Shown here one piece after another: positions 17,999-26,954 of a stretch of 64,000 bases of DNA. The stretch is from a virus: the IMG/VR virus record IMGVR_UViG_3300042549_005813. One strand, given 5' to 3'. The notes under the pieces are model-generated. The model was not told the origin of the DNA, did not search any database, and saw only the letters and a program-made list of their open reading frames with translations. Each line of letters opens with the position of its first letter. Position 1 is the first letter of the stretch. The position numbers were made by a program, and so were the translations under genes.

Positions 17999-18280
17999 AT
18001 GAAAGTTGTTATAAATGCGTGTCATGGTGGTTTTGGTTTATCTGAGGCTGCATTAGATGAATATAAAAACCGTGCTGGTATTACTGATGAAAGATTTTGG
18101 TATTATGATATTCCCCGTGATTGTCCAGACCTTGTGGCAATGATTGAAGAATATGGTACCGATGCTGGTGGTGATTTCTCAGATTTAAAAATCGTAGAAG
18201 TTCCTGATGATGTAGACTGGTACATTGAGGAATATGATGGTAGAGAATGGGTGGCTGAACGTCACAGGACTTGGAGTTAA
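17999..18280 (+). CDS. conserved phage hypothetical protein
   Basis: KVVINACHGGFGLS...W.IEEYDG.EWVAE. Confidence 0.75.
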   Translation: MKVVINACHGGFGLSEAALDEYKNRAGITDERFWYYDIPRDCPDLVAMIEEYGTDAGGDFSDLKIVEVPDDVDWYIEEYDGREWVAERHRTWS

Positions 18281-18282
18281 TT

Positions 18283-18516
18283 ATGTGGCGCAAAAGAGAA
18301 GTTCAAAATAAAATACAACACGCTTTGCAAAAGGCTGATTGTGATAATATGCTGATGGCATTGCTTGGTCGCCAAGAATTGGTAGATAGATGGTGGGATA
18401 GTCCAAATATGCATTTTAATTTTAAACATCCAATTGATGTATTCAATTTGAATGATGATGGTCGCCAAGCAGTTGTCAGTTATGTTACGGAACATTGTTA
18501 TGGTGGATATCATTGA
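18283..18516 (+). CDS. Xre/MbcA/ParS antitoxin C-terminal-like domain protein
   Basis: LLG....VDRWW.SPN..F....P.D pattern. Confidence 0.55.
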   Translation: MWRKREVQNKIQHALQKADCDNMLMALLGRQELVDRWWDSPNMHFNFKHPIDVFNLNDDGRQAVVSYVTEHCYGGYH

Positions 18517-18518
18517 TT

Positions 18519-18587
18519 AGTACTAAAGTACTACTGTTGTAGGTTAACAACAACATGGTTGCCAGTTGGTATTATTTCTGATATAAT
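18519..18587 (+). promoter_or_regulatory. rIIA promoter carrying both an AGTACT pair and the TGTTGT-N6-ACAACA palindrome
   Basis: AGTACT at 18519 and 18527; palindrome 18535-18552; TTGCCA 18559; TATAAT 18582. Confidence 0.85.
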
Positions 18588-18619
18588 ACTTGTATTGATT
18601 GATTGAAAAAGGTTTTGTA

Positions 18620-20782
18620 ATGATTCTCAATAGCGCACCTCAAGCAGAGGCCATTCTTTCCAATGTTGGTGAAATCGGTGAGTTCCGTATCCGTAATTCA
18701 GCAAAAGCATTTAACATTCTTTCCAGCGGTTTGTACGCCAATAAGATTAAGGCGATAATTCGTGAGCTGTCATGTAATGCCATTGATAGTCACACCGCAG
18801 CAGGCACCACACAACCTTTCGAGGTGCACCTGCCAACCACACTAGAACCGTGGTTTTCTATTCGTGATTTTGGCACTGGTTTGTCACATGACCAAGTAAC
18901 CAAAATTTACACCACATATTTTGAATCAACCAAAACCGAATCTAATGAGTTTATCGGTGCTCTTGGTCTTGGTTCAAAATCTCCGTTCTCTTATACTGAT
19001 AACTTCACTGTCACTGCCATTCAAAATGGCCGCAAAGGCATTTACTCTGCCTTTATCAATGACGTTGGTGTGCCATCTATTGCTCTGATGGGTGAAGAAG
19101 CGGTATCAGAATCTAATGGTGTTGAGGTAAAATTCTCCGTCAATGACAGGTATGACTTTAGTAAATTTACTGATGAAGCAGTTAAAGTGTATCGTTGGTT
19201 CCCTGTATTGCCTACAATCACAGGTAACACAATCAATATTGAACGTGTTGAATATGAAACACAGAATATTATTCCCGGTGTTCATTCAGTTAAATCTGAT
19301 AGGTACAATCGTACCTCATCCATTGCTGTGATGGGTAACATTGCATATCCTATTGAAGTACCACAAGCCGAACAATCACTTGAAGGTGTACACCAATTGT
19401 TGAAATGTGGCCTTGTGCTTGAATTTGGCATTGGTGAGTTGGACTTTCAAGCATCACGTGAAGGTTTGTCCTACATTCCATTGACCATTGATTCTATTCG
19501 TAAAAAATTGGTTGCAGTTAATGCTGCATTGACCAAGGTTCTTACTGCTGAAGCTGATGTGATTGAAGGTGAATGGGAACGTTCCAAGTTTTTGTATAAC
19601 AAGAAACACCAAGAATTATGGCAAGGTGCAGTGCTTGAATATGTGACCAACACTGGTTTTGCTTTGTTTGATGTACGTGGTGCTGGGTATCATTCGTTTG
19701 ATATCAAGGCAGATTTGCTTGATTTGAAGGCTATGAACATTCATATCAAACAATTTGAGTCTGAACGTGGTAATAACCGTTGCAAGAATCGTAGTCATTC
19801 TGTATCTTATGATAAAGACCAAAAGCGTATTGAATATTTCAATATCGAGGTTGACAACATCTCAATGTTTGTTGAGAATGATTGTAAGACCGGTTCATTT
19901 GAACGTGCTAAACACCATTTCCGCAATAAAGAGAAAAACACTTATCGTGAAAATGTGTTTGTGTTGGACAAACTGGATAAAACCAAACCAATGAATTTGG
20001 TTGCTTTCTATACAATGTTGCACAATCCACCTGCTGCACAGCGTATGGCTGCATCAAGTTTGACTGAGAAACCACGTAAGGCTGGTGGCGGTAATGGTTT
20101 TGGTAAGAATGTGACTATTGTTCACCTTGAACGCCGTGGTGGTGCATCCAATCGCTCAGCATCACAAGATTTTGTTTGGCGTGCCGCTGATACATTGGAT
20201 AAGTTTGATAAGACTGAAAAGTTTTATTATGTTCCATTGCTAGGCTTTGTTCCTCAATTTACCAAATTGCGTCACAATGTTGACCAGTTGAAACAGTTGT
20301 TGAATAGAACCGAGATTGATGAGTTGAAAGTTAATGTGTATGGTGTCCGTAAAGGTGATATTGAAACCATCAAAAAGATGCCAAACTGGATTAACCTTGA
20401 AGAACACATTTCTACCACTGTTAATAACTTAAATACCAAAATTGGTATGGCTACCGTGATGGAACGGCTTGACAAGCACGACATTTTCAACTATAATTAC
20501 CAGACGGTGATTGATGGTGTTGATGTAAAGAGTCCTGCAAAAGCATTCTTAGATGGTTTTGTTGGTCTACCAAAGTTGAAAGGCATCCATTGGTTACAAC
20601 AATTGATGCGAGCAATGCAAGTTGAGAACAACGTAGATGTTGAAGATTTGCTTGTACAATACAAACAAAAATTGGCTGATTTTTCTAAGCGATACCCTCT
20701 GCTTGATAAATTGAGTTCGTATGCAAATGAGGGTGATGTGTGTGAGTATATTAATTTGGTTGACACAGTGAAAGGTGTTTAA
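18620..20782 (+). CDS. rIIA: RIIA protein (GHKL ATPase N-terminus)
   Basis: ILSSGLY.NK..AIIRELSCNA.DSH, IRDFGTG, G.LGLGSKSPFSY. Confidence 0.92.
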   Translation: MILNSAPQAEAILSNVGEIGEFRIRNSAKAFNILSSGLYANKIKAIIRELSCNAIDSHTAAGTTQPFEVHLPTTLEPWFSIRDFGTGLSHDQVTKIYTTYFESTKTESNEFIGALGLGSKSPFSYTDNFTVTAIQNGRKGIYSAFINDVGVPSIALMGEEAVSESNGVEVKFSVNDRYDFSKFTDEAVKVYRWFPVLPTITGNTINIERVEYETQNIIPGVHSVKSDRYNRTSSIAVMGNIAYPIEVPQAEQSLEGVHQLLKCGLVLEFGIGELDFQASREGLSYIPLTIDSIRKKLVAVNAALTKVLTAEADVIEGEWERSKFLYNKKHQELWQGAVLEYVTNTGFALFDVRGAGYHSFDIKADLLDLKAMNIHIKQFESERGNNRCKNRSHSVSYDKDQKRIEYFNIEVDNISMFVENDCKTGSFERAKHHFRNKEKNTYRENVFVLDKLDKTKPMNLVAFYTMLHNPPAAQRMAASSLTEKPRKAGGGNGFGKNVTIVHLERRGGASNRSASQDFVWRAADTLDKFDKTEKFYYVPLLGFVPQFTKLRHNVDQLKQLLNRTEIDELKVNVYGVRKGDIETIKKMPNWINLEEHISTTVNNLNTKIGMATVMERLDKHDIFNYNYQTVIDGVDVKSPAKAFLDGFVGLPKLKGIHWLQQLMRAMQVENNVDVEDLLVQYKQKLADFSKRYPLLDKLSSYANEGDVCEYINLVDTVKGV

Positions 20783-20783
20783 G

Positions 20784-21542
20784 ATGTTTCCGTATTTGAT
20801 TCAAGGTTCTAATGTTGTGGTTGTTATTGATAATACACCACACACAATTTCTAAAACCCATATCACCTATCAAAAGGTAGTTGATGCCATCAAGGCAAGT
20901 GATTGGGAAACTGTACGTGATACAATCAATCCTAAAAAGGTTGTGTTGAATTACGGCGCAGGCAATATTGAAGTACAAGGCGAGAAATTGTTTTGGAAAG
21001 GCACAGAGATGCATGGTGCTATTGTTAACCGTATGGTTGAGATGTTGCAATCAGGTTTTCCAATTGAACCATTGGCCAACTTCATGCAGAACATGATGGA
21101 AAACCCTTCGTTCCGTGCTGTGAATGAGTTGTATGGTTTCTTGGAAAAGAATCGTTTGCCAATTACAGGCGATGGTCATTTCTTGGCATACAAAAAAGTC
21201 CGTGACGATTATAAAGATTGTCATACAGGCACAATGGACAATTCTGTTGGTATGTTTGTGGAGATGGAACGTAACCAAGTTAATGATGACAAGAATCAAA
21301 CTTGCTCTGCTGGTTTGCATTTCTGCTCTGAGTCCTATTTGGCTCACTTTGGCGGCGAACGCACTGTGATTGTTAAAATCAATCCCCGTGATGTTGTATC
21401 CATTCCAACAGATTATGACAATGCGAAAGGCCGTGCCTGCCGTTATGAAGTGATTGGTGAAGTTGGTGTGATGCCATCTGATGAAGAAGAATTCACTGCA
21501 CCTGTGCAAGAAAACGCAAATAGCTGGCCCGCAAGGTGGTAA
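20784..21542 (+). CDS. rIIB: RIIB protein
   Basis: NPS..AV.ELY.FL, GHFLAYK.V, CSAGLHFC, VKINP.DVVSIP.DY...K.R.C.YEV. Confidence 0.92.
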   Translation: MFPYLIQGSNVVVVIDNTPHTISKTHITYQKVVDAIKASDWETVRDTINPKKVVLNYGAGNIEVQGEKLFWKGTEMHGAIVNRMVEMLQSGFPIEPLANFMQNMMENPSFRAVNELYGFLEKNRLPITGDGHFLAYKKVRDDYKDCHTGTMDNSVGMFVEMERNQVNDDKNQTCSAGLHFCSESYLAHFGGERTVIVKINPRDVVSIPTDYDNAKGRACRYEVIGEVGVMPSDEEEFTAPVQENANSWPARW

Positions 21543-21572
21543 CCACCTGTGCAAGAAAACGCAAATAACTGG
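21499..21572 (+). repeat. 29 bp direct repeat (1 mismatch, 45 bp period) spanning the rIIB stop
   Basis: CACCTGTGCAAGAAAACGCAAATA(G/A)CTGG at 21499 and 21544. Confidence 0.9.
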
Positions 21573-21583
21573 ATTGAACCTTA

Positions 21584-22705
21584 ATGAGTTACTACATGAA
21601 GTCAGGCAATACATTTCGTATTGCCACTAGAGAATCAATGGACCTACATGAGGTTCTACCTGCTGGCAACTATGTTGTCAAGCAGGATCCATTCGAAAAT
21701 TTCTATATCGAACAGATTGAGAATTTTGATGTGCCTACAAAACTGTATGGTGATACGATTCGTAACACTGAACGTATCATCAACAGTTTTTGGAATCGTG
21801 AGAAATCCACAGGTGTAATGCTCGTGGGTGAAAAAGGTTCAGGTAAAACCTTGCTGAGTAAAAACATTTGTATTGAAATGGCCAAACAAAATGTGCCAAC
21901 TATTGTTATCAATGCTGCATGGCATGGTGATAAATTCAATACACTGATTCAATCTATTCAGCAACCATGTATTGTGATGTTTGATGAATTTGAGAAGGTG
22001 TATAACAGTGAAGAACAAGAAGCATTGCTGACATTATTGGATGGAATTTATTCAACCAAGAAATTGTTTATGTTGACCAGTAATGATAAATGGCGTGTTG
22101 ATTCGCATATGCGTAACCGACCAGGTCGTATCTTCTACATGGTTAACTTTAAAGGTTTGGATGAGGCATTCATTCGTGAGTACTGTGCCGATAACTTGAA
22201 TGATAAATCACATACAGAACGAATTGTAAACATTGCTTCTGTATTTTCAGCATTTAACTTTGATATGTTGAAGGCAATGATTGAAGAAATGAATCGTTAC
22301 AATGAATCGCCACAAGATGCAATGCGTATCCTTAACGTGAAGGCAGAGTTTGATTCTGGTGCTACATATGCTATTGAAGTCTATCGTGGTGACCGTAAGG
22401 CTGACCGTGTGAGTCCAACAAAATGGACAGGTACACCATTGTCATCAAAAGATATCAGTGTCAGTTATTGGTTCAAATCTTTAAATAAAGTAGAACCACA
22501 AGAAACTAAGGGTTTGCAACTCTTGGCCACAGCGGTTGTTGATGATGAACAAGGTGAAGATTCAGGTTGGAACGAAAGAGATTTTGGCAACGATGACTTG
22601 GTGAAATTCAACAACAAAACTGGCCAGTTCATCTTTGAGAAAAACGGCACCACTATTATTTTAATGAAAGAATCACCTAAGTATTTCAACTTCGATGCAT
22701 TTTAA
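21584..22705 (+). CDS. AAA+ ATPase
   Basis: GEKGSGKT, MFDEFEK, LLTLLDG, NRPGRI. Confidence 0.88.
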   Translation: MSYYMKSGNTFRIATRESMDLHEVLPAGNYVVKQDPFENFYIEQIENFDVPTKLYGDTIRNTERIINSFWNREKSTGVMLVGEKGSGKTLLSKNICIEMAKQNVPTIVINAAWHGDKFNTLIQSIQQPCIVMFDEFEKVYNSEEQEALLTLLDGIYSTKKLFMLTSNDKWRVDSHMRNRPGRIFYMVNFKGLDEAFIREYCADNLNDKSHTERIVNIASVFSAFNFDMLKAMIEEMNRYNESPQDAMRILNVKAEFDSGATYAIEVYRGDRKADRVSPTKWTGTPLSSKDISVSYWFKSLNKVEPQETKGLQLLATAVVDDEQGEDSGWNERDFGNDDLVKFNNKTGQFIFEKNGTTIILMKESPKYFNFDAF

Positions 22706-22714
22706 GGATTAAAT

Positions 22715-22969
22715 ATGAGTACAGAAGAAGATAAAATCAAACACTCAAAACGTTTGCAGAATGATGAGATTGCCATCAAAAAACAAATGAAAATTGCCAA
22801 ACGCCACGGCATGGATGTTAAAGAACCTCACAAGTTTGCCAAACACCATGCCATGGATTGTGGAAACCCTGAATGTGGATTATGTGGTAATCCTAGGCAT
22901 ATATCTAAAGATAGCCTCACAATCCAAGAGAAATCCTTTAAACAAACCGAAAAGTGGGAGACAGAATGA
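22715..22969 (+). CDS. hypothetical protein with CxxxxCxxC motif
   Basis: DCGNPECGLCGNPR. Confidence 0.7.
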   Translation: MSTEEDKIKHSKRLQNDEIAIKKQMKIAKRHGMDVKEPHKFAKHHAMDCGNPECGLCGNPRHISKDSLTIQEKSFKQTEKWETE

Positions 22970-22984
22970 TTGTTTTAGTAGTAC

Positions 22985-23013
22985 TTGCCATTGAGTTGAT
23001 TTTCATGTATAAT
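22985..23013 (+). promoter_or_regulatory. sigma70 promoter TTGCCA-17-TATAAT
   Basis: direct match, preceded by AGTACT. Confidence 0.8.
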
Positions 23014-23046
23014 ACCAATATGTGGATGTCATAACTGGAGAAAAAT

Positions 23047-24189
23047 ATGAGTTTAAACCGCAATCAAACCGCTTTTGTTAAAGCAGCCGAAGAATTGTAT
23101 GGCACAGGTTCTATTTTGACCCGTGACGGCATTCAACAAGTTATTGAAGAAAATGACCTTTCTTTTCCACACTGGTTTGTAACCAAGTCTGATTATAGAG
23201 TTGGTCGAGGAGAATATAAATTGCCTAACATCGGCACCAAGAAAACAATTGTTAAAGAACCTGAACTTGAAATTGCATTGGCTGCACAAGTTTTAGAATT
23301 CAAACAACCTAAACTAGTTGATGACTCTGACGTATCAATTCCTACAAAGTATAAAGATTATGTGCCATTTGGATTTTTTAAAGATTTGCGTAATATCATT
23401 AAGTCTGATTTGTTTTATCCTGTGTTCATTACAGGCCTTTCAGGTAATGGTAAAACCCTCATGGTGGAACAATCTTGCTCGGAGCTCGGGCGGGAGTGCA
23501 TTAGAGTTAACATTAGTATTGAAACTGATGAATCGGATTTGCTCGGTGGTCCTACTCTTGTTAATGGGAACGTTGTTAATCGTGACGGTCCTGTTATTAC
23601 AGCAATGAAGCGTGGCGCCATTCTGTTGATTGATGAAGTTGACCGTGGTTCTAATAAGTTGATGTGTTTGCAAGGTATCTTAGAAGGCAAACCATACTAC
23701 AACAAGAAAAACGGTGAGATGGTATATCCAAAAGATGGGTTCAACGTCATTGCTACTGCAAACACTAAAGGTCGTGGTAGTGAAGAAGGTCGTTACCTTT
23801 CACAGATTCTAGATGATGCATTCCTAGAACGTTTCCCTATTACAGTTGAACAGGAATATCCTGATGTTAAGACTGAAAAGAAAATACTTTCACCATTGAT
23901 TGCTGACCAGGATTTTGTTGAGAAGTTGACACAATGGGCTGATATTGTTCGACAATCATTTGACCAAGGTGCTGTTGATGAAGTTATCTCCACACGCCGT
24001 TTGGTCCACATTGCTAAAGCATTTAAAATCTTTGGCGACCGAATGAAAGCTATTGAACTATGCGTGGCACGGTTCGACACAGACACCAAAATGGCGTTCC
24101 TCGACTTGTATTCCAAGGTTGATGCGAAAGTTGATGCTCCCGTAGGAAAAGCCCCTACGGTGGTAAATACGGATGAAATTCCATTCTGA
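23047..24189 (+). CDS. CobS-like MoxR-type AAA+ ATPase
   Basis: GLSGNGKT, RVNI..ETDE.DL.GG, LLIDEVD, ATANTKGRG, AFLERF, ISTRRL. Confidence 0.9.
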   Translation: MSLNRNQTAFVKAAEELYGTGSILTRDGIQQVIEENDLSFPHWFVTKSDYRVGRGEYKLPNIGTKKTIVKEPELEIALAAQVLEFKQPKLVDDSDVSIPTKYKDYVPFGFFKDLRNIIKSDLFYPVFITGLSGNGKTLMVEQSCSELGRECIRVNISIETDESDLLGGPTLVNGNVVNRDGPVITAMKRGAILLIDEVDRGSNKLMCLQGILEGKPYYNKKNGEMVYPKDGFNVIATANTKGRGSEEGRYLSQILDDAFLERFPITVEQEYPDVKTEKKILSPLIADQDFVEKLTQWADIVRQSFDQGAVDEVISTRRLVHIAKAFKIFGDRMKAIELCVARFDTDTKMAFLDLYSKVDAKVDAPVGKAPTVVNTDEIPF

Positions 24190-24241
24190 TGTAAAAAAAC
24201 AACACTGGATGGTTGCCAACATGCCATCTTTGTGTTATAAT
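24187..24241 (+). promoter_or_regulatory. sigma70 promoter with TGATGT-N6-ACAACA palindrome
   Basis: palindrome 24187-24204; TTGCCA 24213; TATAAT 24236. Confidence 0.8.
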
Positions 24242-24285
24242 TCATATGTTGGTACTCTTATCATGTAATTTTGAAAGGACTTAAA

Positions 24286-24609
24286 ATGTCAAACACCGTT
24301 CGCTCAGGCAAACAAAATCGCCACGAAAAAATCACCGTAACCCTTTTGTCAGGTAAACCTGTATCTCCAGATGAGATTAAGTCCTGTTTCAAAGGCACGG
24401 ATCAAGAAGCGGTTCTCTATCGCTTATCTACAAACATCTATAACATCCGCAAAGACGGCGGTATCATCAAGGTGCATAAAACCGGCCGTGCTGTAACAGC
24501 ATATCAGTTGGTTAATTATACCGAGTTTGATAAGAATGGTCGTTATGTTGGTGCACCTAAAACAACACCTGTTGCACAACCAACAACTACAGAAACTGCT
24601 GAAGCCTAA
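24286..24609 (+). CDS. winged helix-turn-helix protein (candidate regulator)
   Basis: LLSGK.V...EI...YRLSTNIYNIRKDGG.I...AYQL. Confidence 0.6.
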   Translation: MSNTVRSGKQNRHEKITVTLLSGKPVSPDEIKSCFKGTDQEAVLYRLSTNIYNIRKDGGIIKVHKTGRAVTAYQLVNYTEFDKNGRYVGAPKTTPVAQPTTTETAEA

Positions 24610-24848
24610 TGCTTCGTCCCACTATAAACGGAGAAGTTATGAACTGGTCTAAATTTTTGATGCGAGCAGCAATAGTTGCATTCCTACTTTCTTTGAATTC
24701 ATTATTTGTTATGTTGCTTTGGAATATGTTTCTTATTCCCGCAATTAATGGTGTGAATGAAATAGGTTTTATCACAGCAATGGGTTTAACTGCTCTTTTT
24801 GGCATTCTATTTAAAGACAATGGCATCAAGGCGAACTTCAATGAATAA
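24609..24848 (+). CDS. membrane protein (2 TM)
   Basis: hydrophobic helices. Confidence 0.65.
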   Translation: MLRPTINGEVMNWSKFLMRAAIVAFLLSLNSLFVMLLWNMFLIPAINGVNEIGFITAMGLTALFGILFKDNGIKANFNE

Positions 24849-25062
24849 GTGGGACCGAGATAACCTGGATTTTATTATGAATACGACCAATGAAGGTTTT
24901 GATGAATGGCTGGATCAAGCCGATAACGATGATGTTGCCTATGCATTAGAATTAATTCGTATGGCAAAAGCTGAATTGATGATTCAGGAAATGGAATTCA
25001 CTGATGATGTGTCCAATTTTACTGAAGCATCACAGTTAATTGAAAGGATTAAAAATGTTTAA
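24841..25062 (+). CDS. hypothetical protein
   Basis: MNKWDRDNLDFI...W..QA..DD..YALEL. Confidence 0.65.
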   Translation: MNKWDRDNLDFIMNTTNEGFDEWLDQADNDDVAYALELIRMAKAELMIQEMEFTDDVSNFTEASQLIERIKNV

Positions 25063-25303
25063 CAAAACTTTGAGATATGGTATGTTTACTATTCTTTTTT
25101 TAGTGATAGCTGCGTGTTCAACTCCCAAATTGGATGGTTTCGAAAAAGCAAAGGTCATTGAACGTGCTGAAGTAATTCGGTCGTCTAAAGATTGTATAGA
25201 CGCAAAAATGCGTCCAGTGATTCAAACACTGCCGCAGAAAACGGATCATGGCACAATCATGTATCCAGTTTCTGTTCAATGTGAAGTGGCTTATCGTCAA
25301 TAA
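25055..25303 (+). CDS. putative lipoprotein
   Basis: lipobox-like ILFLVIAA-C. Confidence 0.6.
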   Translation: MFNKTLRYGMFTILFLVIAACSTPKLDGFEKAKVIERAEVIRSSKDCIDAKMRPVIQTLPQKTDHGTIMYPVSVQCEVAYRQ

Positions 25304-25313
25304 GGTGATTTAA

Positions 25314-25841
25314 ATGTATTCCGAAATCGTCAATGATTCTGGTATTTCCCAACACACAATGGAAATCATTGTATTTGGTGCTATTGGTGTATTTGTTCTT
25401 GGTCTTGTTTTCTTTCTTTGGTGGAAACAAATCATCATTGGTGTTATGGCTTTAGCTGCGGTTGTTGTCTTGGCCAATCACAGACCAAAAACACCAGTGG
25501 TGCCTAAAGTTGAGCAAGAGCAAATCATCATTGAAAAGGTAATTATTCCTGAAAATCCTGTCCATATTGAATTAGATGAAAAGAAGATTCAAGAAGGTGT
25601 GGATCCACAACCGACCAACAAAGAAGAATTGATGACAAAACCAGAAGATGATAGAAAATATTTCATCGAGGATTGCCTACAATTTACAGACTATAATAAA
25701 TCTCAGTGTGAGGCAATTTGGGATAAGAAAGACACCTCTGAAACCAAGTTGTTAGATGTTGAGAATGTAAAATATAAACAACGGCGTGCTGAAGCATTAA
25801 AGAAACCTAATGCTGTTGTTGCACACTACACATTAAGATAA
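25314..25841 (+). CDS. membrane protein
   Basis: two N-terminal TM helices. Confidence 0.7.
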   Translation: MYSEIVNDSGISQHTMEIIVFGAIGVFVLGLVFFLWWKQIIIGVMALAAVVVLANHRPKTPVVPKVEQEQIIIEKVIIPENPVHIELDEKKIQEGVDPQPTNKEELMTKPEDDRKYFIEDCLQFTDYNKSQCEAIWDKKDTSETKLLDVENVKYKQRRAEALKKPNAVVAHYTLR

Positions 25842-25850
25842 GGAGTTAGT

Positions 25851-26198
25851 ATGATGATTAGTTTGTACCGTGGTATTGTTGATATTCTTACCAATCAAAC
25901 AGAAATTTTGAATAAACAGTTTATCAAACACATTCGCACCTTTAATGATGGTGACCCTACAGAAAACTTTGGCACAGCAGGATTCTGGAATCTGATGCTT
26001 GAAGTGACCTATATTTTTTATGTAAAATGTTTTGTTGCAGTTGGCATTGGCATTACACTTGCATTGGCTGTTGTTTTCTTTCCATTGTATGCTTTACGTA
26101 AAGCAACCAGTGGTGCATTTATTGGTGCTATGCCAAGATATGAACAACCAATGACATACGAAGAACCAAAGATTGAACCTATTCAGGAGAAAAAATAA
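25851..26198 (+). CDS. membrane protein
   Basis: AGGAG RBS; TM segment. Confidence 0.65.
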   Translation: MMISLYRGIVDILTNQTEILNKQFIKHIRTFNDGDPTENFGTAGFWNLMLEVTYIFYVKCFVAVGIGITLALAVVFFPLYALRKATSGAFIGAMPRYEQPMTYEEPKIEPIQEKK

Positions 26199-26587
26199 TG
26201 GCTACATGGAGTATTAAACCGGAATGGAAAAAATCCATTATTGAACGTAATCATCTATCATTAGGTGATAATAAAATTGTGATTGAAACTGGTTGGCGAT
26301 GGGGTGAATTTCACATTCAAACGCCGCCGTCTGATGGTGATACACCGCCAGTATTGGAAGAAGGTGTAGATTTATATAGTTGTGGTTATGATTGTGAGAT
26401 GATTGAATTGGATGATGGTTGTTGGGAAGAACACGATTTCGATGACTGTGATGATGAAACCCGTGAATGGTTAGAAAACTTCTTTGAAGAAGGTAATTCA
26501 TGGTTAGACCTTGAAGATAATGGTTGGTCTAATGATGATTGTGAGATGATTATCAACTGTGAAATGGCCATTGAAAGAGTGGACTAA
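26198..26587 (+). CDS. acidic hypothetical protein
   Basis: TAATG coupling; GWRWG, DDGCW. Confidence 0.7.
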   Translation: MATWSIKPEWKKSIIERNHLSLGDNKIVIETGWRWGEFHIQTPPSDGDTPPVLEEGVDLYSCGYDCEMIELDDGCWEEHDFDDCDDETREWLENFFEEGNSWLDLEDNGWSNDDCEMIINCEMAIERVD

Positions 26588-26907
26588 TGGCTATTATTGA
26601 TCCATGGAATTTGCCTATTGATATTAAAGAAATGGAATATGCCATCAAAGGCAATATGATTAAAGCGCAACTTATTGTTAGTGACTTGGAACAGTTGCGG
26701 ATGAATGTTGCAACATTTCAGGATGATATCAAACAAAGGTTGTTAATAGTCCTGCTGGATGAATTGATGAAAACTAAAAGTGTTGAATTTACAAAGATGC
26801 CTCACCACAGCCATGGCCTTACATATTTCCGAGCAAGGATGTTTGCCGTGCCTGATGACCAGGTAAGGATCCTACGTGTGTCGCAATTAAACAACAGTGT
26901 GGCTTGA
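26587..26907 (+). CDS. hypothetical protein
   Basis: TAATG coupling. Confidence 0.65.
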   Translation: MAIIDPWNLPIDIKEMEYAIKGNMIKAQLIVSDLEQLRMNVATFQDDIKQRLLIVLLDELMKTKSVEFTKMPHHSHGLTYFRARMFAVPDDQVRILRVSQLNNSVA

Positions 26908-26932
26908 CATATATAACTACCCATGTTATAAT
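26879..26932 (+). promoter_or_regulatory. sigma70 promoter TTGACA-17-TATAAT with TGTCGC-N6-ACAACA element
   Basis: element 26879-26896; -35 at 26904; -10 at 26927. Confidence 0.8.
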
Positions 26933-26954
26933 ATCACCATAAGGAAATAATACT

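Noticed and set aside
2643-24189. Cobalamin biosynthesis pathway (cobS/cobT)
   Set aside because: No cobN or other cob genes; phage homologues are better explained as an AAA/VWA chaperone pair.
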